The position numbers and the translations under genes were made by a program. Below are positions 1 through 13,600 of a stretch of DNA of 64,000 nucleotides, in pieces (the stretch's first letter is position 1; every line of letters starts with the position of its first letter). Location of the stretch: assembly GCA_964199315.1 (NCBI GenBank), contig OZ116702.1, forward strand, positions 5,766,001 through 5,830,000, written 5' to 3'. The notes under the pieces were generated by a model, which was not told where the DNA came from, did not search any database, and saw nothing but the letters and a program-made list of their open reading frames with translations. This DNA comes from Orbicella franksi. Taxonomy: Eukaryota.

Positions 1-662
1 GAAGAACAAGGGGGAGTGAGTGGGGTAAGGCTTAGCAAGACACGAGATGGCAGAGACACAACTTCTATCGCTTTTCACCGCAAGTTCACCTGGATATACT
101 TCTGCGTACACTGCCAATCAATGGTTTTCAAGAACCCCCCGAAAACGTTTGGTATCTATTTTTATTAAATAAATAAAGACAAATACTATATTCTTAGAAA
201 AATCGATCATTCATTATAGGTTTCTGACAAACTAGCATAGAAAGTTAGACGAGGACAAAGCGAGAATACACAAATACAAATCTGAATGCATGAAAAAAAT
301 TAGTGAGAAAAAATTCAACAACCGAATATAAAACCTCGGAATCACTTCGCTGAAAGAGAGAGAAAATATTTTGCAAAGACTAAGGTAACCATAGGTGCAA
401 AATGCAGCTGCTGTCGCAGCCCGGATGTCACAGACCTTTCTCAGGTTATATCGTTTCGAGTTTATACGACTAAGTTTTTTTTTTTCTCTTTGAGCGAACA
501 CATCGGTTTCTCGATGTCCAAATTATAGTGGTAGAAAACTAAATTCTGTTTGAACCAAATGATCAGTCGATAATACAGTCGAACACCTTGGGGACCGTCA
601 TTTCGTCCACAATAGCGGGGTGGGTGCAATGAAAATGATCCAATTTTTGGTCATGTACTGCT

Positions 663-757
663 TAGTCTCCTTAGCAGCCGTTATTAGGGTCGTCACGCAA
701 CGCTTCTGGGGGAGAAGCGTTGCGTGACGACCCTAATAACGGCTGCGGAGGAGACTA
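663..757. mobile_element. Hairpin MITE, TAG...CTA family
   Basis: Near-perfect palindrome with a 5-nt loop and TAGTCTCC/GGAGACTA ends. The 9-bp flanks are tgtactgct / cgtactgct. Confidence 0.85.
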
Positions 758-766
758 CGTACTGCT

Positions 767-1517
767 ATGCAAACTAGGAAATATTGTTGCGGAAACATTG
801 TTTCTTATTAATTTTCTGGGATGGTTAAATTAGCGAGAAGGAAACAAAATGTTTTGCTGTCCCGGTGGTTAAACGAGGAGACAATGTTTCAGAAAACAAA
901 GGTTCACGCATGCGCATTATAATAAAATACTTCCGAAGAAGTCCGTGGAGACTTCTTTTTCCGTTCCAGGGCTTGTTCCTGCATAATTTCTGATCTCAGA
1001 ATTTTCCGTCTGCTTTTGCAATTGTCCCTTGTGATATCATATTACTCTGGCATCTGTGCACCGATTTGACGGTAAGCCACTCCCTTTTTGTCCCTATTCA
1101 TGCAGCCTTCATGCCTTCATGAACTTCATCACACAAACAGTCATACAAGGCAACGAGTAAGTCCCTCTCTTCGTCCTTCCGATTCCTTTCGTTCTTTCTC
1201 TTCCCTTTTCTATGACCTGCTTGTGGCTATTATATCTTCGACTTCGCCGTTAGCCATTGTTGTACGCTCGCCGTTGCTGGTAAACATTTTTAAATAGCAG
1301 CACTGGGAACCTAGTCAACATTTCTTTCAGGCTAAACTGGGAAACATATGTTTCGGAAGCAAAATGTTTGTCCGGGGAGCAAAAATGGTTTTGACCTGAG
1401 GCAAAAACATTTTCTTGTTTCCTAGCTGCGAAATGTGTTTCCGCAACATATCTTTCCCGTGTGGCTAAACTGGGAAACATTTGCCTCCGCAACAACGTTT
1501 CCTTGTTTAGCCAGGCC
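767..1517 (-). mobile_element. Non-autonomous PIF/Harbinger-like element with decayed MADF/Myb-SANT ORF
   Basis: Imperfect TIRs (GCTAAAC.AGGAAAC.TTGTTGCGG) and repeated subterminal GGAAACA motifs. The internal minus-strand remnant reads DLLVALY..NRDKKGVAY.QI..CKSRRKILRS. Confidence 0.6.
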
Positions 1518-2261
1518 TTAAGACTAATTTGTATTACACATTTACTTCAGTTCATAATCATATAATATGAGTCAAAATATTGTAGAGACTATCGAACATC
1601 CCAAGACTGCCGAATAATTTCCGTATGTCATTCAATACGTCCAAGTTTTTCGTTATAACAAGAGAAAAACAGTGAAAAAAATAGTTTGGGACCATCTGAA
1701 GTAATAACGGGAGCTAGTCCGTATTAGCGGGAGTTGTTTCCACAAATTTCTCTGTAGTTTCAGCCGGGAATGTAGCTTCTGTCCGTAGTAGTGGGGTGTC
1801 CGCAAGGCGAGGGTTGACTGTATATGGTGTCCATATTATGGAGGTGCCGTTAAGGAGAGGATTGTTGCGGGCCCAAGAGAGGCCCGCAACCCTAATCTTG
1901 ACAGTGACCAGCGGATTGCGTTTTACGCGTGCGCGCCACGTTAATAAAGAGCGAACAGAAAGCGGAAGTTGAAAATTTTCTTCTTCCACCAAGAACGATC
2001 GGAATGCGAAAAATGTGTCAATCGCTACAGTTTGTCAATCACTAATTATTTTCTTCATTTTATAAACCTACCAATTACGAGGATTTTTCACGGTTTTCCG
2101 AAAGTTTCCGACCATTTTCCGAAGATTTCCGAAGATTTATAAATATCGCCCAAATGTCGTACGGTATTTCCGAACTTTCCCGAAGATTGACGAAGATTGC
2201 CGGGGAAGATCTGGGTATGTTTCCACTTAAGATCAATAACCTTTGGATCATTACTATTGAA

Positions 2262-2535
2262 ACATGACAAACTTGACAACATATCATTGGTGATATCAAA
2301 CACGCGTAAAAAAATTATCGTCATTTTCGACGCGTTGCGATACTGTTTTCCTCGCTGGTCAAACCCCTAATAAACAACCGCAGCTTATTGGCTCGTTAAC
2401 ATTGAAACAAGGCAAACTTGACAACATAAGATTGGTGATATCAAATACGCGTAAAAAAATACCCTACTTTTGGACACATCACGATACTGTTTCCATACGT
2501 CGTCAAACACGTAATAAACAACCGTCGTTTATATA
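2262..2535 (+). repeat. Tandem dimer of about 143 bp within a dispersed repeat carrying ccgaagattt subrepeats (2075-2200)
   Basis: tgaaaca..caaacttgacaacata..attggtgatatcaaa..cgcgtaaaaaaa..taataaacaaccg occurs twice. Confidence 0.7.
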
Positions 2536-4857
2536 ATAAATCTCAAATAGCACACTTATGCCACCTTATAGCAAACTTCCCAAAACCTTCAACTTCACTT
2601 CATTCTCCAATATAAAAAAAAACTTCCTCTCCAGTACCTTCCCTTAACTGCATCAAGGCCCGCACTTTCTAACCTGTGGTTACCACTAGTTTAATTAAAC
2701 TCTCTGAGCAAACGCATGGGTGGGCAGTTCCAAAGTGATGCGAGGGTGAAACGCGAGACGCGCAAGAATAGTACACCAGGTGGGCGCGAGGCGAGTACCG
2801 AACTCATAGAGTCTAATCTGTTGGAAGACAGACGAGGGACTTGGGAGTCCTTGAGTCTCCACTGGTGTACGTGACCAAATCAAGCGCCGAGTCTCGATGT
2901 GTCTTACTAAAATGACAATTTCAAAATGCAAATTGTCGTGCCTGCTGGCAATAGAGACGGCTGTGAATGTTTTTAACGCCATATTGGTTGGGGAGAAACA
3001 GAGAAAACGATTTTGAATATGTGATACACCGTCCACGTCACGTAAAACCGGTTGAAATTATCGGTGTTTCCAAACTTTAAATTACTTTTATGGCATTGGA
3101 TACTACTCTTGTGATGGTAATATTACAACAATGTATCTCTTTTCATTTCTAGGTGTATCGGTTGATAGTTATAAAATTATTCGTTGTCCAGTTCCGACGA
3201 AGTTTGCTGAAATCCCCGCAATTCACATTTCTCTACATTAAGAATAGCATCTGTTCGATTAGTTGTCCAGCCAAAGCTGTGTTCAAGGTTGAAAACCGGA
3301 AAATTTCATGGGCGGTTAATTACTCCGTAATTTCGGTGCGAAATTTCAGTGTTAATTTATGATTTCACTTGTGAAATTTTGCCAAGGCAACGTTTGACAA
3401 GTAAAAAGCCCATGATTGTAGGCGTAATTTGTAGGTAATCGAATGGTATACTTAAGTTTAACGCACGCTAATGTGTTCCGAAATCCGAATTCCTGAACCA
3501 AGAAAAACGGTTCGATTTTTCCCATCAGGGTCGCGGCAAATGTCCCCCTTGCCGGAACCTCCTTGGCGGGAAAAATATGCGAGAGTGCTAAAGCAGAGGT
3601 ATCCGCCCACTAGCGTTGAAAGTAAAAGAAAAAAATACCGCACCGACCGGAATCAAAGCCGATCAAAGTCATTCAAGGACCTTGCAATCGCCCAAGAAGG
3701 CAAGTGTCACTTTGATTCCGATGAAGAAAATTCAAGCTTGAGCTTACTTTGTTGTTGTTGTGTCCCACCTCCTGGCAAGGAACTCTTTTCCTTTACATTC
3801 AAACACTTAACAAATTGAGTACGTCTGCATGTACGCCAGCTCTAGCCGTTTTCCATAAGTTGAAATAGAGAAAAATAAGCTTAAGCGCAAGCTTATGTTT
3901 AGCAGTTTAGATCCATCTGATCAGCACAGCCGAGCTGGTATTGATGAGTGTCCTCTGGTAACCACAGTGTTTCTCTCGAAATATGAGGCCAGACGCTTTC
4001 GCCTAAAGGGGAATGGGACGAGACATGAGCGCGGCACGCACGAGAAGAGGTTTTTTCTCGACTCGCCTCATTCCTTACTCGGCCATACCGCCCTTTTGCG
4101 TTCGCGATGGCTAAACACCCGTGTAAGTGACACTGACAGAAAAGACAGGCTGCCAGCCGTCTAGAGAAAATATGAAACTTCTTGTTACACTGTGAAACCT
4201 GTTGGTTGCTTGCAGGACGTTTAGTTGATTTAAGGAGTACAACAAGTACTACAACAGCTCTGTGAGAAATTGCAAGCAACAATGACAAGTAAACAGTACT
4301 CTTACAGTCTACTTCCATGACAACGATGACAAATTACAAAAGAAAATTGAATACAAGGAATATGGTGGGAATACACGTACATATTTTGAACGAGCTTGTA
4401 CAGATGTGTCTAAATAAAGTATTGTATTGTATTGTAGAACTCTACTGGACAATCTAGGATAAGCTGGGTGAACAGGAAAACTGCGACACAGCTGACTTCA
4501 ATAAATAACATGAAAAAAACTTGCTGCAGCTAGGACAAAGTTCCACACTTCTTCCCGGCCATGGAACCTCTTTAGAATGGGGTAACCAGTAAGAAAAACA
4601 ATAAAACGGTTAAAAAACATTTTCCATACATTTACCAGATTTCCTGAGACTAAATATACCAAACTGCTACAAGATTACAGACAGAGGCCTCCTTTTCAAG
4701 GGGATTCAGGGACATTTCTCCTACTTTATTCATATGTTTACCACTTTTGGAGATGGGACCTCATAATATATCATTACCCCCTCTCACCACCCGTACCCCA
4801 CCCCTACCCTACCCCACCCCCAACACCATCAATGCTACAATCAGATTTGTGTCATAC

Positions 4858-7800
4858 TTGGTAAAGTGACTTCATCCCTATCGGGTGACCATGTGACGTC
4901 CTCATGATTGATAATGTACATCACAGCCGTCCCTTCTTCATTCCTCACAGGTGCGATCAGAACGGAACACAAGAATGAAGTTCCTGCAAAATAAAACACA
5001 ATAGTAGCATACAGAAATGGCAAAAACATAGCAATTTCAATTTGGAAGTTTGTACGAGAGACTGAGTATTCTTCAAAAATTATGCAAAGTCGAGAGAGGT
5101 TACAGGGTAAAAAATCTCTAACACAGGTAGGAGAAAAAAAGTTTATAGGTCACCATTAACCATGGTATCGGGGCCACCAATGGTCTGAAGGACTCAAATG
5201 TGCAGATGAGATGAAGGGGAGGGCGCCAAGAGCTGTACTCCCCTAACTTATGCCTGAAACAATGAAGTGACAAATAATGATTACTTCATCTCCCAAGGGT
5301 CCCTTTTTCTCTGGAATGGCTACTGTAGTGCACGGCCTATTTCTGAGAACAGCTTCTGGCCTTATGCAGGGAGTGGGTTTGAGGGGCCCAGCAGCATCCC
5401 CTCTCTTTAAAAGTTCCCCTAGCCTAAAGTGAAACCTTTAAATTTTTAGTACCACATGATGCCAACTACAGTGGAACCCCGCCTTATGACCACCCTGTTA
5501 ATATGGCCACCTTGTTATTACGGCCACTTTATTCTGGCCCCCCCCAAAAAACGGCTCAGTCGGTCATTTTCTTATTTAAAGAAACCCTTTAATACGACCA
5601 TCTGTTAATACTGCCATATTTTTGTGGCCCATTGGTGACCGGATTAATGGGGTTATGACTGTGCAGTAATTTTGTGAACAATGTTAATATTCAATGGATT
5701 CATTGGTCATGAAGGAAAGCACTGATTGTCTTAGTATCATGAACTACATTGTAAACCTATCTGAAGCAGAAACTTTGTTTCCACAAGGCTGGCAGCTGAA
5801 AATAATCCCCCAACACATTTAAAAGCCTTATCTCATATAGTGGGCTTCAGGATATGGCAATTTTTTCATTACAAAGTTTGAAATGCAAAATAAGTCCCCC
5901 TCACTTCCTTCCTAAATAATCCCACTTCCCCCCCCCCCCAAAAAAAAAAGCTTTTGACAAAAATTCTGTGGTACTTTGGCATAGATTCACTGCATAAAAT
6001 GTTAGTAGATATCATTACCAGCTTTTGAGTTTTGTACACACAATAAATAAATACATGAACATCAATATTAATCATAATTATTAAAATCAATGTGTTTGAG
6101 AGATATGCAAGTGAGCTTGAGAAAAAAAATAAACATATAAATTTTTCATTCACTTTTTTATTCTGTAATAATAAGTAACATTCCAATCTCCTCATAAAAA
6201 GTTTTTAAGATGGTGAAAATTATGCTGATGTGATGAGACTAAAATTTAACATCTGAGTATGTCAAAGCACTTTAAAAGGGGATTTATGTAACTAATTAAA
6301 GATGTCACTCAACTCTTGCTTCATTTCAGCTGCAAGAACAGGCATGAACTGAGGCCATTGATTCCTTTACTTGTCTATTTTGTTCTAAAATTCATTCTCG
6401 TCAACCTACAGTGAACATGCTTAACACGAATCAAGACGGAGCTGGATTAACAAGGACCTGACTTAATTTAGATTCAATAGCAATTAGAATTAACTAAAAT
6501 TTTAACACCCTTAAACCTTCATTAAATTTTCATTATTTGCTGCCCCCACTAATCTTCTCCTATTATTCCCTCCTCCATAAACATAATACTGTAAACAAAA
6601 ACACATACAGTAAGAGATTTATTAAATAATTTCACAACAAAATATTGCGCTTAAAATATTTGAGTACTCATTTCTGTTAGGAATTCTCAGACTTTAATAT
6701 TTATATTTGTATACAATATTTTTATTCTCTTTTACTTTAAGTAATGATGTTACCAGTAGTCATTACTAGCAAAACATTATCGCAATAAACAGCCTGGTTA
6801 TCAGTTTTTAATTTCATTGTAATGTTTCAAAGAAACTATAACTATGTCTAATAAAAAATATTGTGTTCCAGTGTTCTCAGGAATCATGATTAAAATATGA
6901 AATCATTTCTGGTACTCCACAGAGCGCAATAAAAATCTTTTTAAAAATAAATATTTCATTTGGCTCAACCAAACTTCGTCAGCCACATGACAATGCATCA
7001 GCCACAAAAGCTTTGTGGCTGATGAAGTTTGGTTGAGCTGAATGAAATATTCCATTTTTAAAAAGATTTTTACATTTGCACTATCTGAGTACCAGAAATT
7101 ATTTTATATTTTAATATGACTATGTCAGCACATTGTCAAGCTGAAGTAGAACAAGCAACAGCTGCAAAAGAAAACCATCAGTTGATTCGCTTGAGAAGTA
7201 TATTTAACATTCCAGTCTAACTTGGATTATTATAGGAGAGTTCACCAAAGATTGTGTTGTTCCAGAAAATTAAATACGGGCAATATTCCCCTTAATAAAA
7301 TAGCATACATGACAACACACAAAATTTCTGATTACAGTTTTGTCAGGCTTAGAGGGCATTTTTTTGTGAGATCACCTGAGGACCTCTGAAGATATTTCCA
7401 AACTAAGTTATTAAGCCAAGGACTTCCAACCTTTGTATTGAATTGTATTTTTTTTTCTCCACTTCAATATTGGAATACAGCAGTGTTATACCATTTCCTA
7501 AGAATTGACCTTAAGTCCTCCATGCCCAAAAATATCTTTTCAAATACTTTCTTGAATGTCACCCAAGAACTTCTGAATATTTTCACATGTTTGAAGGTGG
7601 GCGGTCCTCCAAAGATATGGATTATGTCTTTATCACACCTTCGAACAAGTTATTTACGGACAATTACGTTTTCTAAATTATTTAAGGTTTAATTACAGAA
7701 TTTTCAATTATTTGTCTTCATTGCATAATTTCTGCAAACTTCAGAGAACAGGCATTATTACCTTTAAAACACACTCCATGTAATCAACCATTAACTTTTA

Positions 7801-9316
7801 TATGATTATAAATAAATTCCTATTGTCGATGTCCATGATGGCAATGATGATGATAATAATGGTGACAATTTTCACAGAAAAATAAAAAGTTAACTGCAGG
7901 AACGTTCTACCGGAAACACGCCTTTCATTTCAAAATTGTCTGCAAACTGCAATTGATGCATCTAAAATTTCAGGGCATAATATTATTAACGAGATAGCCC
8001 CCTCAATTTGAAGTGTCACTTACGATGGAAAAATCTGTATGGGTTGCCAGGGTAAAAGCTTACAATTTTTACAGCGCTCTGTCATGCAAAAAATTACTCC
8101 GAATTATCAGTAGAACATGGACTCAAAGATACTTAACCACGTCCTAAATTTCATGCCTGTTTCGCCAAATTTTATCTGTACTACGCCTTGAGGCATTAAA
8201 AAATAGCATAAATGGACAGGAACGCGTGTTCGTAGCATCTCGTCGCATTGTCGCCTGAAATATGCACATTTTTGGCGGATGAGCAACATTTATCAGTTGC
8301 TGTTTTAAAACGAAAGTAACGAAACCAGAACAGTATTGCCTATTGGAAAATTAAAATGACACCACAAGCTTTCGTCAGTGCATACTTTATAAATTAAAAT
8401 GCCATCTCTTTATTAAACGTACTAAAATTTTCCCAAAAGATGTAATAATCGAACTCTAAACGAGCGACTGCAGCTGCTTCGTTGAAAAGGTAAATACTTA
8501 CGGAGTAAGGTAGGCTCTTAATTCAGTACAAGCTTACTTATAACGAAATACCCGCCGAGTGGGCTTCGCACATACAAATTGAAATTTGTCATTTCACCGC
8601 GGGTGTTTCTCACTTCGAAGGCGATCATCTCCAAGTTTATAAAATATTTATCGTATTCAACACTATCCAAACCAATGTTTTGTTGGGAGTGCTTGGCCTC
8701 AGTTCTTTCTTACCCTAATTAACAGACGAACAGAAAAGAGAGAACGGAAATTATCACATATTCGGCTCGCGCGCGCGGCTTGTCATAAGACTAACACACA
8801 TGTTTCATGTGCGTTGTCCAGAGTTCGTTACAGACGGGTTTTGTATTTAAAAACGCAAGAATGATCGTTATGCTTTTGATCTTACCATCCTTTCTGTAGT
8901 AGAGGATTTCCACGTGCTTTTCCTCCTGTCCCCTTAGCGCTTCCTTCACTTCCCTGGCCGAGAATTCGTTCGTGTTTTCGCCGCAAAGGAAGTCGCAACT
9001 GCAATGTTTTTGTACCAACTCCGCCCGGCTGTATCCAGTTAACTCGCAAAATCCATCGTTGCAGTAAATGATGGGAAGATCGGCCACTTGAGCGTTTCCC
9101 AGGACAAAGTTTCGGTCCGCTATAAAAGCATTATGAATTAAAAATAGCAGCTTGCTATTGTACAGCGTCGTAGAAGCAGAACGCTTTTTAAAAATAAAAA
9201 ATTGAGCCATCGATATGAGATGATAATTTAACAGACTTACGTGATCCGTCGAATTTCTTGATAATTGTTTGAATAAAGATGTTTTGAGGAGCCACGAGGC
9301 CTCTTTTCACGGGCAT
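4858..9316 (-). CDS. KCNH2: EAG-superfamily voltage-gated K+ channel, ERG-like: N-terminal PAS-cap/PAS/PAC exons 1-3 (gene continues beyond left edge)
   Basis: Exons 9241-9316 (76 nt, MPVKRGLVAPQNIFIQTIIKKFDGS), 8886-9119 (DRNFVLGNAQV..YCNDGFCELTGYSRAE..CSCDFLCG..EILYYRKDG) and 4858-4983 (GTSFLCSVLIAPVRNEEG..INHEDVT). All have GT-AG boundaries and consistent phase 1. The sequence resembles hERG MPVRRGHVAPQN.. more than Eag or Elk. Subfamily assignment is by eye. Confidence 0.9.
5469..5661. mobile_element. Tc1/pogo-like MITE
   Basis: ta-CAGTGGAACCCC ... GGGGTTATGACTG ends and internal taatacggccac-like subrepeats. Confidence 0.6.
6885..7118. repeat. Long imperfect inverted repeat (foldback/MITE) in KCNH intron 2
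   Basis: Arms of about 100 nt (tttctggtactc..aaaaatctttttaaaaat..gctcaaccaaacttc.tcagccaca vs tgtggctgatgaagtttggttgagc..tttttaaaaagattttt..gagtaccagaaa). Confidence 0.8.
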
Positions 9317-10666
9317 AGCGATCAGAAAAACCACAATATACCCACCAAATCGTCCGCTACTACTGCTCGAAGGCAAATGTGTTTTGCACATGTATTTCGT
9401 TCCAAATCGCCGCCTTCTGATTGGCTATCGCGAAATTTGTGTACTTGGAATGTAAACATAGGCAAAAGGACCATTTCAAAGTTTTTCATTGTTACTGCGA
9501 GGTCCCAGTGAAACTCGCAATAAATATTTTAATTGCTTGTTCATTCATACGGAATATAGTATTAAAAACTTAATGTAACGGTACTTGAAGGACAAAAGTA
9601 TTTCATATCAGCATTTGTGATGGGATTATGGTAATATGTTGGGCGCCTTCTGAGTTGATGATTTGAAGTGCTATGATATTGTTTTTCCAAAGGCCGGTCT
9701 ACATAAAATGTGTGTCTCAGAACAATCACTCTAGCGCCCAATTTTAACACGCTATGAAATTATCATACTTATTCTTTTCGTTTAATTATCATAATGAAAT
9801 ATCCATGACTTTGACCGAATAAATACATGAAGCCCAGTGTACAATCAGAAGTGAAAGTCATTAACATTAACGCTTGCTTTAAAAGTTTCGTGACACTAAA
9901 GACAGTTTGCTTTTTCTCCTAAGTAAACAACGCGACGAGAGTACAATTTGCCCTGTCTTTTCCTGCCTATTTACAAATGATTTCAGCGTAATCCTCATAA
10001 TACATGGTCAAAAGCGGTTTCCCGAATCAGGCGGACCAATCCTTGCTTGTGACATGCCGTGACTGATGTGTATGCCGCTCTTCACCGTTATCGATGTACA
10101 GCCATATTAAAAGACTAAAAGATCTTACAACCGTATTAGCGAAATATTGAATACGATAAAGAGTCTGACAGTCTTAACTGCAGCGTACTTAATATTTATA
10201 TTCGCATTTTTTAAAATTCTAGACAGTGTTTGGTAAGTAAATACTAATTTATGTAGTCGTCTTGGTGTATTTCATTTACAGTAAATTTGTCTGGAAGCCT
10301 CTTTCCAAAGCGATCCGTGCCAGCCACGCGATTTGTTAGATATTAAAGCACTATTACTGATGAGGTATTTGTTTCTACAGCCAAGCGTTCTGTCAGATAA
10401 CTATGGTTCAAATGACGGTATGGGTGGACCCTATGGGCATCATTACAGCAGCAAATTTAAATCTGAGGCGCTTAAACACCTCTATAAAATATTCCGTTCA
10501 CGTAGTCCGCATTATATTTGACAATTGACGGCATTTTCTTTCAATGAATAAATGGGGGAAATTTCAAAAATTGCTTTTGTAGCATCTCCTACACGTATCT
10601 ATCGCGATTACGCGCGCGAAGTCACGCAAGTAAGCTCAGGAGATCTGGAACCTAATCCGAATCAAA
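9317..10666. promoter_or_regulatory. Divergent (putative bidirectional) promoter region KCNH / WDR12
   Basis: The two ATGs are 1.35 kb apart, head-to-head. CpG-rich patches lie next to each start and there is a CCAAT box (attgg near 9420). Confidence 0.55.
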
Positions 10667-13600
10667 ATGGCCGACGAAGCGAGTGGTTACGTCCAAGCAC
10701 GTTTTACAACGCAACAAAAACGGTAAAGGCGGAATTTTGCAACTATTGGTCATGACACTTGATATAGCATCATAATCTGACTTTGCGAGTGGTTTAATAT
10801 TCGAAATTGAGGCTAATTTAATCCAAGATCTTCCTGATATCTCGAGCTCAATATAAACCTGTGATAACCTCAAATTTGTTCTTAGGCTTAAGCTACTTAA
10901 AAGTTAATGAAACCTTAATCAAAATGCCATATAATAATATGCCTGATTGTATTTTTCAGAAGGCCTTTCATGTTGTCATTTCCAGAAAGTAAAACGAGGT
11001 TTATAATTGACATTCTTATTAGTTGTTGTTGTTGTTCGGGGCACGTGGAGTGTACCAGAGCACAGCAGCCACGTAGCTACGTTGTTGATTGAATTAAAGG
11101 AACATTTTCTGAGTATGAATGTGAAATGAACTTGAACTTGAACTTGAACCTAACATGTAAAGACAGAATATAACTGAATGCGTCATGCATCCTGCTATGA
11201 AATGCAAATTCGCCAGATGGTCACCTTGAAAATGTAAAATAAGCTTAGAATACATCAATACTTTCTGTATATGCACTGAAATTCTTATAGCATATGTGGT
11301 TATGATTATTGTTCAGACAAAATCAATGGCAAGGATATGTCTAAAACTTTTCTGATGTTGCTAAATTTATGCAAGATCTAGTGCTAAATAATTGGGTAGA
11401 AATTAAATAGACAGGCAGACAGATTGACAGACAGACAACCTTTATTTAAGCACGATTATAATTAAAGCTCAGTAGTTCATCAGGTCACACAAAAACATAA
11501 TAGTACAAGTTGTTGAGAAATACATATACAATTCATTTACGTTATGTACCAAATGACATTTTGGGAATGGTTCTACTTCGGAGTGTTACAAGATAAAATC
11601 AACAAATTTCATTTGCAGTTATGCAGTTCCAGAAACGCCATTCTCTGTGCCTGTCAAACTTGGGTCTCAAGAGCTGAATGAACTCATCAGTAGCTTGCTG
11701 TCGTCAAATGGTAAATATGCATAAAGGCTTAATTAATATAATACTCAGATTGTCCTCAGGGTTCATATAGATATTCTTTTCTGTCGCCAACTAGATGATC
11801 AAGGGACACTACTGAAGTATAATTCTTTGTCTGTTAACCTGGGACTAAAGTGTGCACGGACTGGGGAGTAGGAGTGGAACCTGGGTATCCCACATCTTGC
11901 TAACGTGTGGCATTTACAAATATCTCGTATCCCGTGAATTCCGGTTGCAAAAAAACCGACGATTTTTCTACTTGATATCCAGTTTTACCTGATCCTAGTA
12001 ACCCATATGTCATGAATATATCTATATTTGTCATGGACCGAGGCATGTGATTGACATTGTGATTTGATAGATATATAGATTGCGACACATGTGGCATTAG
12101 CACATGTGGTCGAACATTGAGCTAATAAAACAGTGCAATTTATTACGCCATATCCTATTAATTTTTCTTAAATGTTCTGTATCCAGGTAATTTTTAACCA
12201 AATATCCTGTATCTTGCAACCCCTAGAAATAGGGCCTCAAAAGGGGATGATAAGGCTACCAGCATTCTTGTCCCCTGAGGCATGCAAGCTTCTTTTGGTC
12301 AGCACAAATCATTGTGACCTCTGGCTAGACCTGGTTTTCTGAGCATGTGTAGAGTATTCATTTTGTATTCACAGCTAATTTGATTTGTCAGATATGATTG
12401 GAAGTTCATGCATCAAGGACTTCAGTGTTAGAACTTCCAAGAGGTCATAATTTAGGACTGTCATTAAGGGGACCATAACCCATAACACCTGTTGTGGCTG
12501 AATATGCTTGATTTTTCCTTGGTGCTACAGGTGAAATTGCCTGTTGTTGATAGAATTTGCCCACACAGTAACAAGTTTGCTACGGGCATAGAGAACAAGG
12601 ATACAGGTAACTCAAAACTTACTGAGAGCCCCGCAATTCTTGTCACTGACTGAAAGGAGTATGACCTCTGGGAACAAGAATTAGCTACTAGAGGAAGAAA
12701 GGACAGGGAAAACATGGGAACTTCTGACTCTCCTGCCTTCTTGCTCCTCTTCAGCTTTCAAGCATTAGTAACACATTTCTAATAAAGTTTGGGAGATATT
12801 TTGTTTTAAATTTTTTTTGCTTGATTTCAGAATCAGAGGTATCTGAATCTGAGGATGAAAATGAAAGGAATTTTCAGTTTGATTTTCTCATTGATGGCAT
12901 TTACCTACAAGAAACACTGGATAAACACATGAGACTTTACAAAATTTCAACAGTGAGTTTATTTCTCCTATGTGCTCAGATTCAAAGGTAAAATTGCTGC
13001 CTGTAAAGTTCTAAAGAGGAACAATCATCCAAACACCTTTGAAAGTGAGAGCAATTAACATTTGTTGGTTGTAAGAGTGACCTCAGTCAACTCAAGGTCA
13101 AGTTAAGAAAAATTCCTATATGAAAAAACGGAGATTGAAGAGAATATATAATTGATTATTCATTTTTGATATCAGCATCTTCTATTTTGTTGGGTTTAAA
13201 TTAAGTAAATGCAATTTTATTTATTATTAATGAATATGTTTTTGTCTGCATTTTATGTTGGGATGTGGATGTTTTTATAACTGATATGATCATAGTGAGC
13301 TAGATCAACCCACATGATACCCATACAGAATGATCCCCATACAGAAGCATCCTTCTTCAATTAATGTGTTGATAAGAAAAAGCTGGTAAATTTGATATGA
13401 AGAAGGGCCATTACATCTGGAATACTATGGCTAAAAATTCAAACTTTCAACATGTGTCAGTGTGCTGTTAATGATTGAGGCATCAGGCCAGTATACCAAA
13501 CTCTTTATCAAGAGGAGTAGATTTGAGTTCTGTTCATTTTGTTGTGTTACTGGGCAAGACTGACACAGTGCTTCCCCTTATGAATGCAATCGCTACCTTT

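Noticed and set aside
3458-4318. Independent genes from ORFs 3471-3818, 3895-4164, 3899-4318
   Set aside because: No recognisable domains, alternative start codons, and no coherent splice structure.
6228-6256. C/D box snoRNA (GTGATGA...CTGA)
   Set aside because: The boxes are only about 16 nt apart and antisense to the host transcript. No convincing snoRNA was seen in WDR12 introns either.
8791-9210. 139-aa single-exon ORF
   Set aside because: It is KCNH exon 2 plus intronic read-through on both sides.
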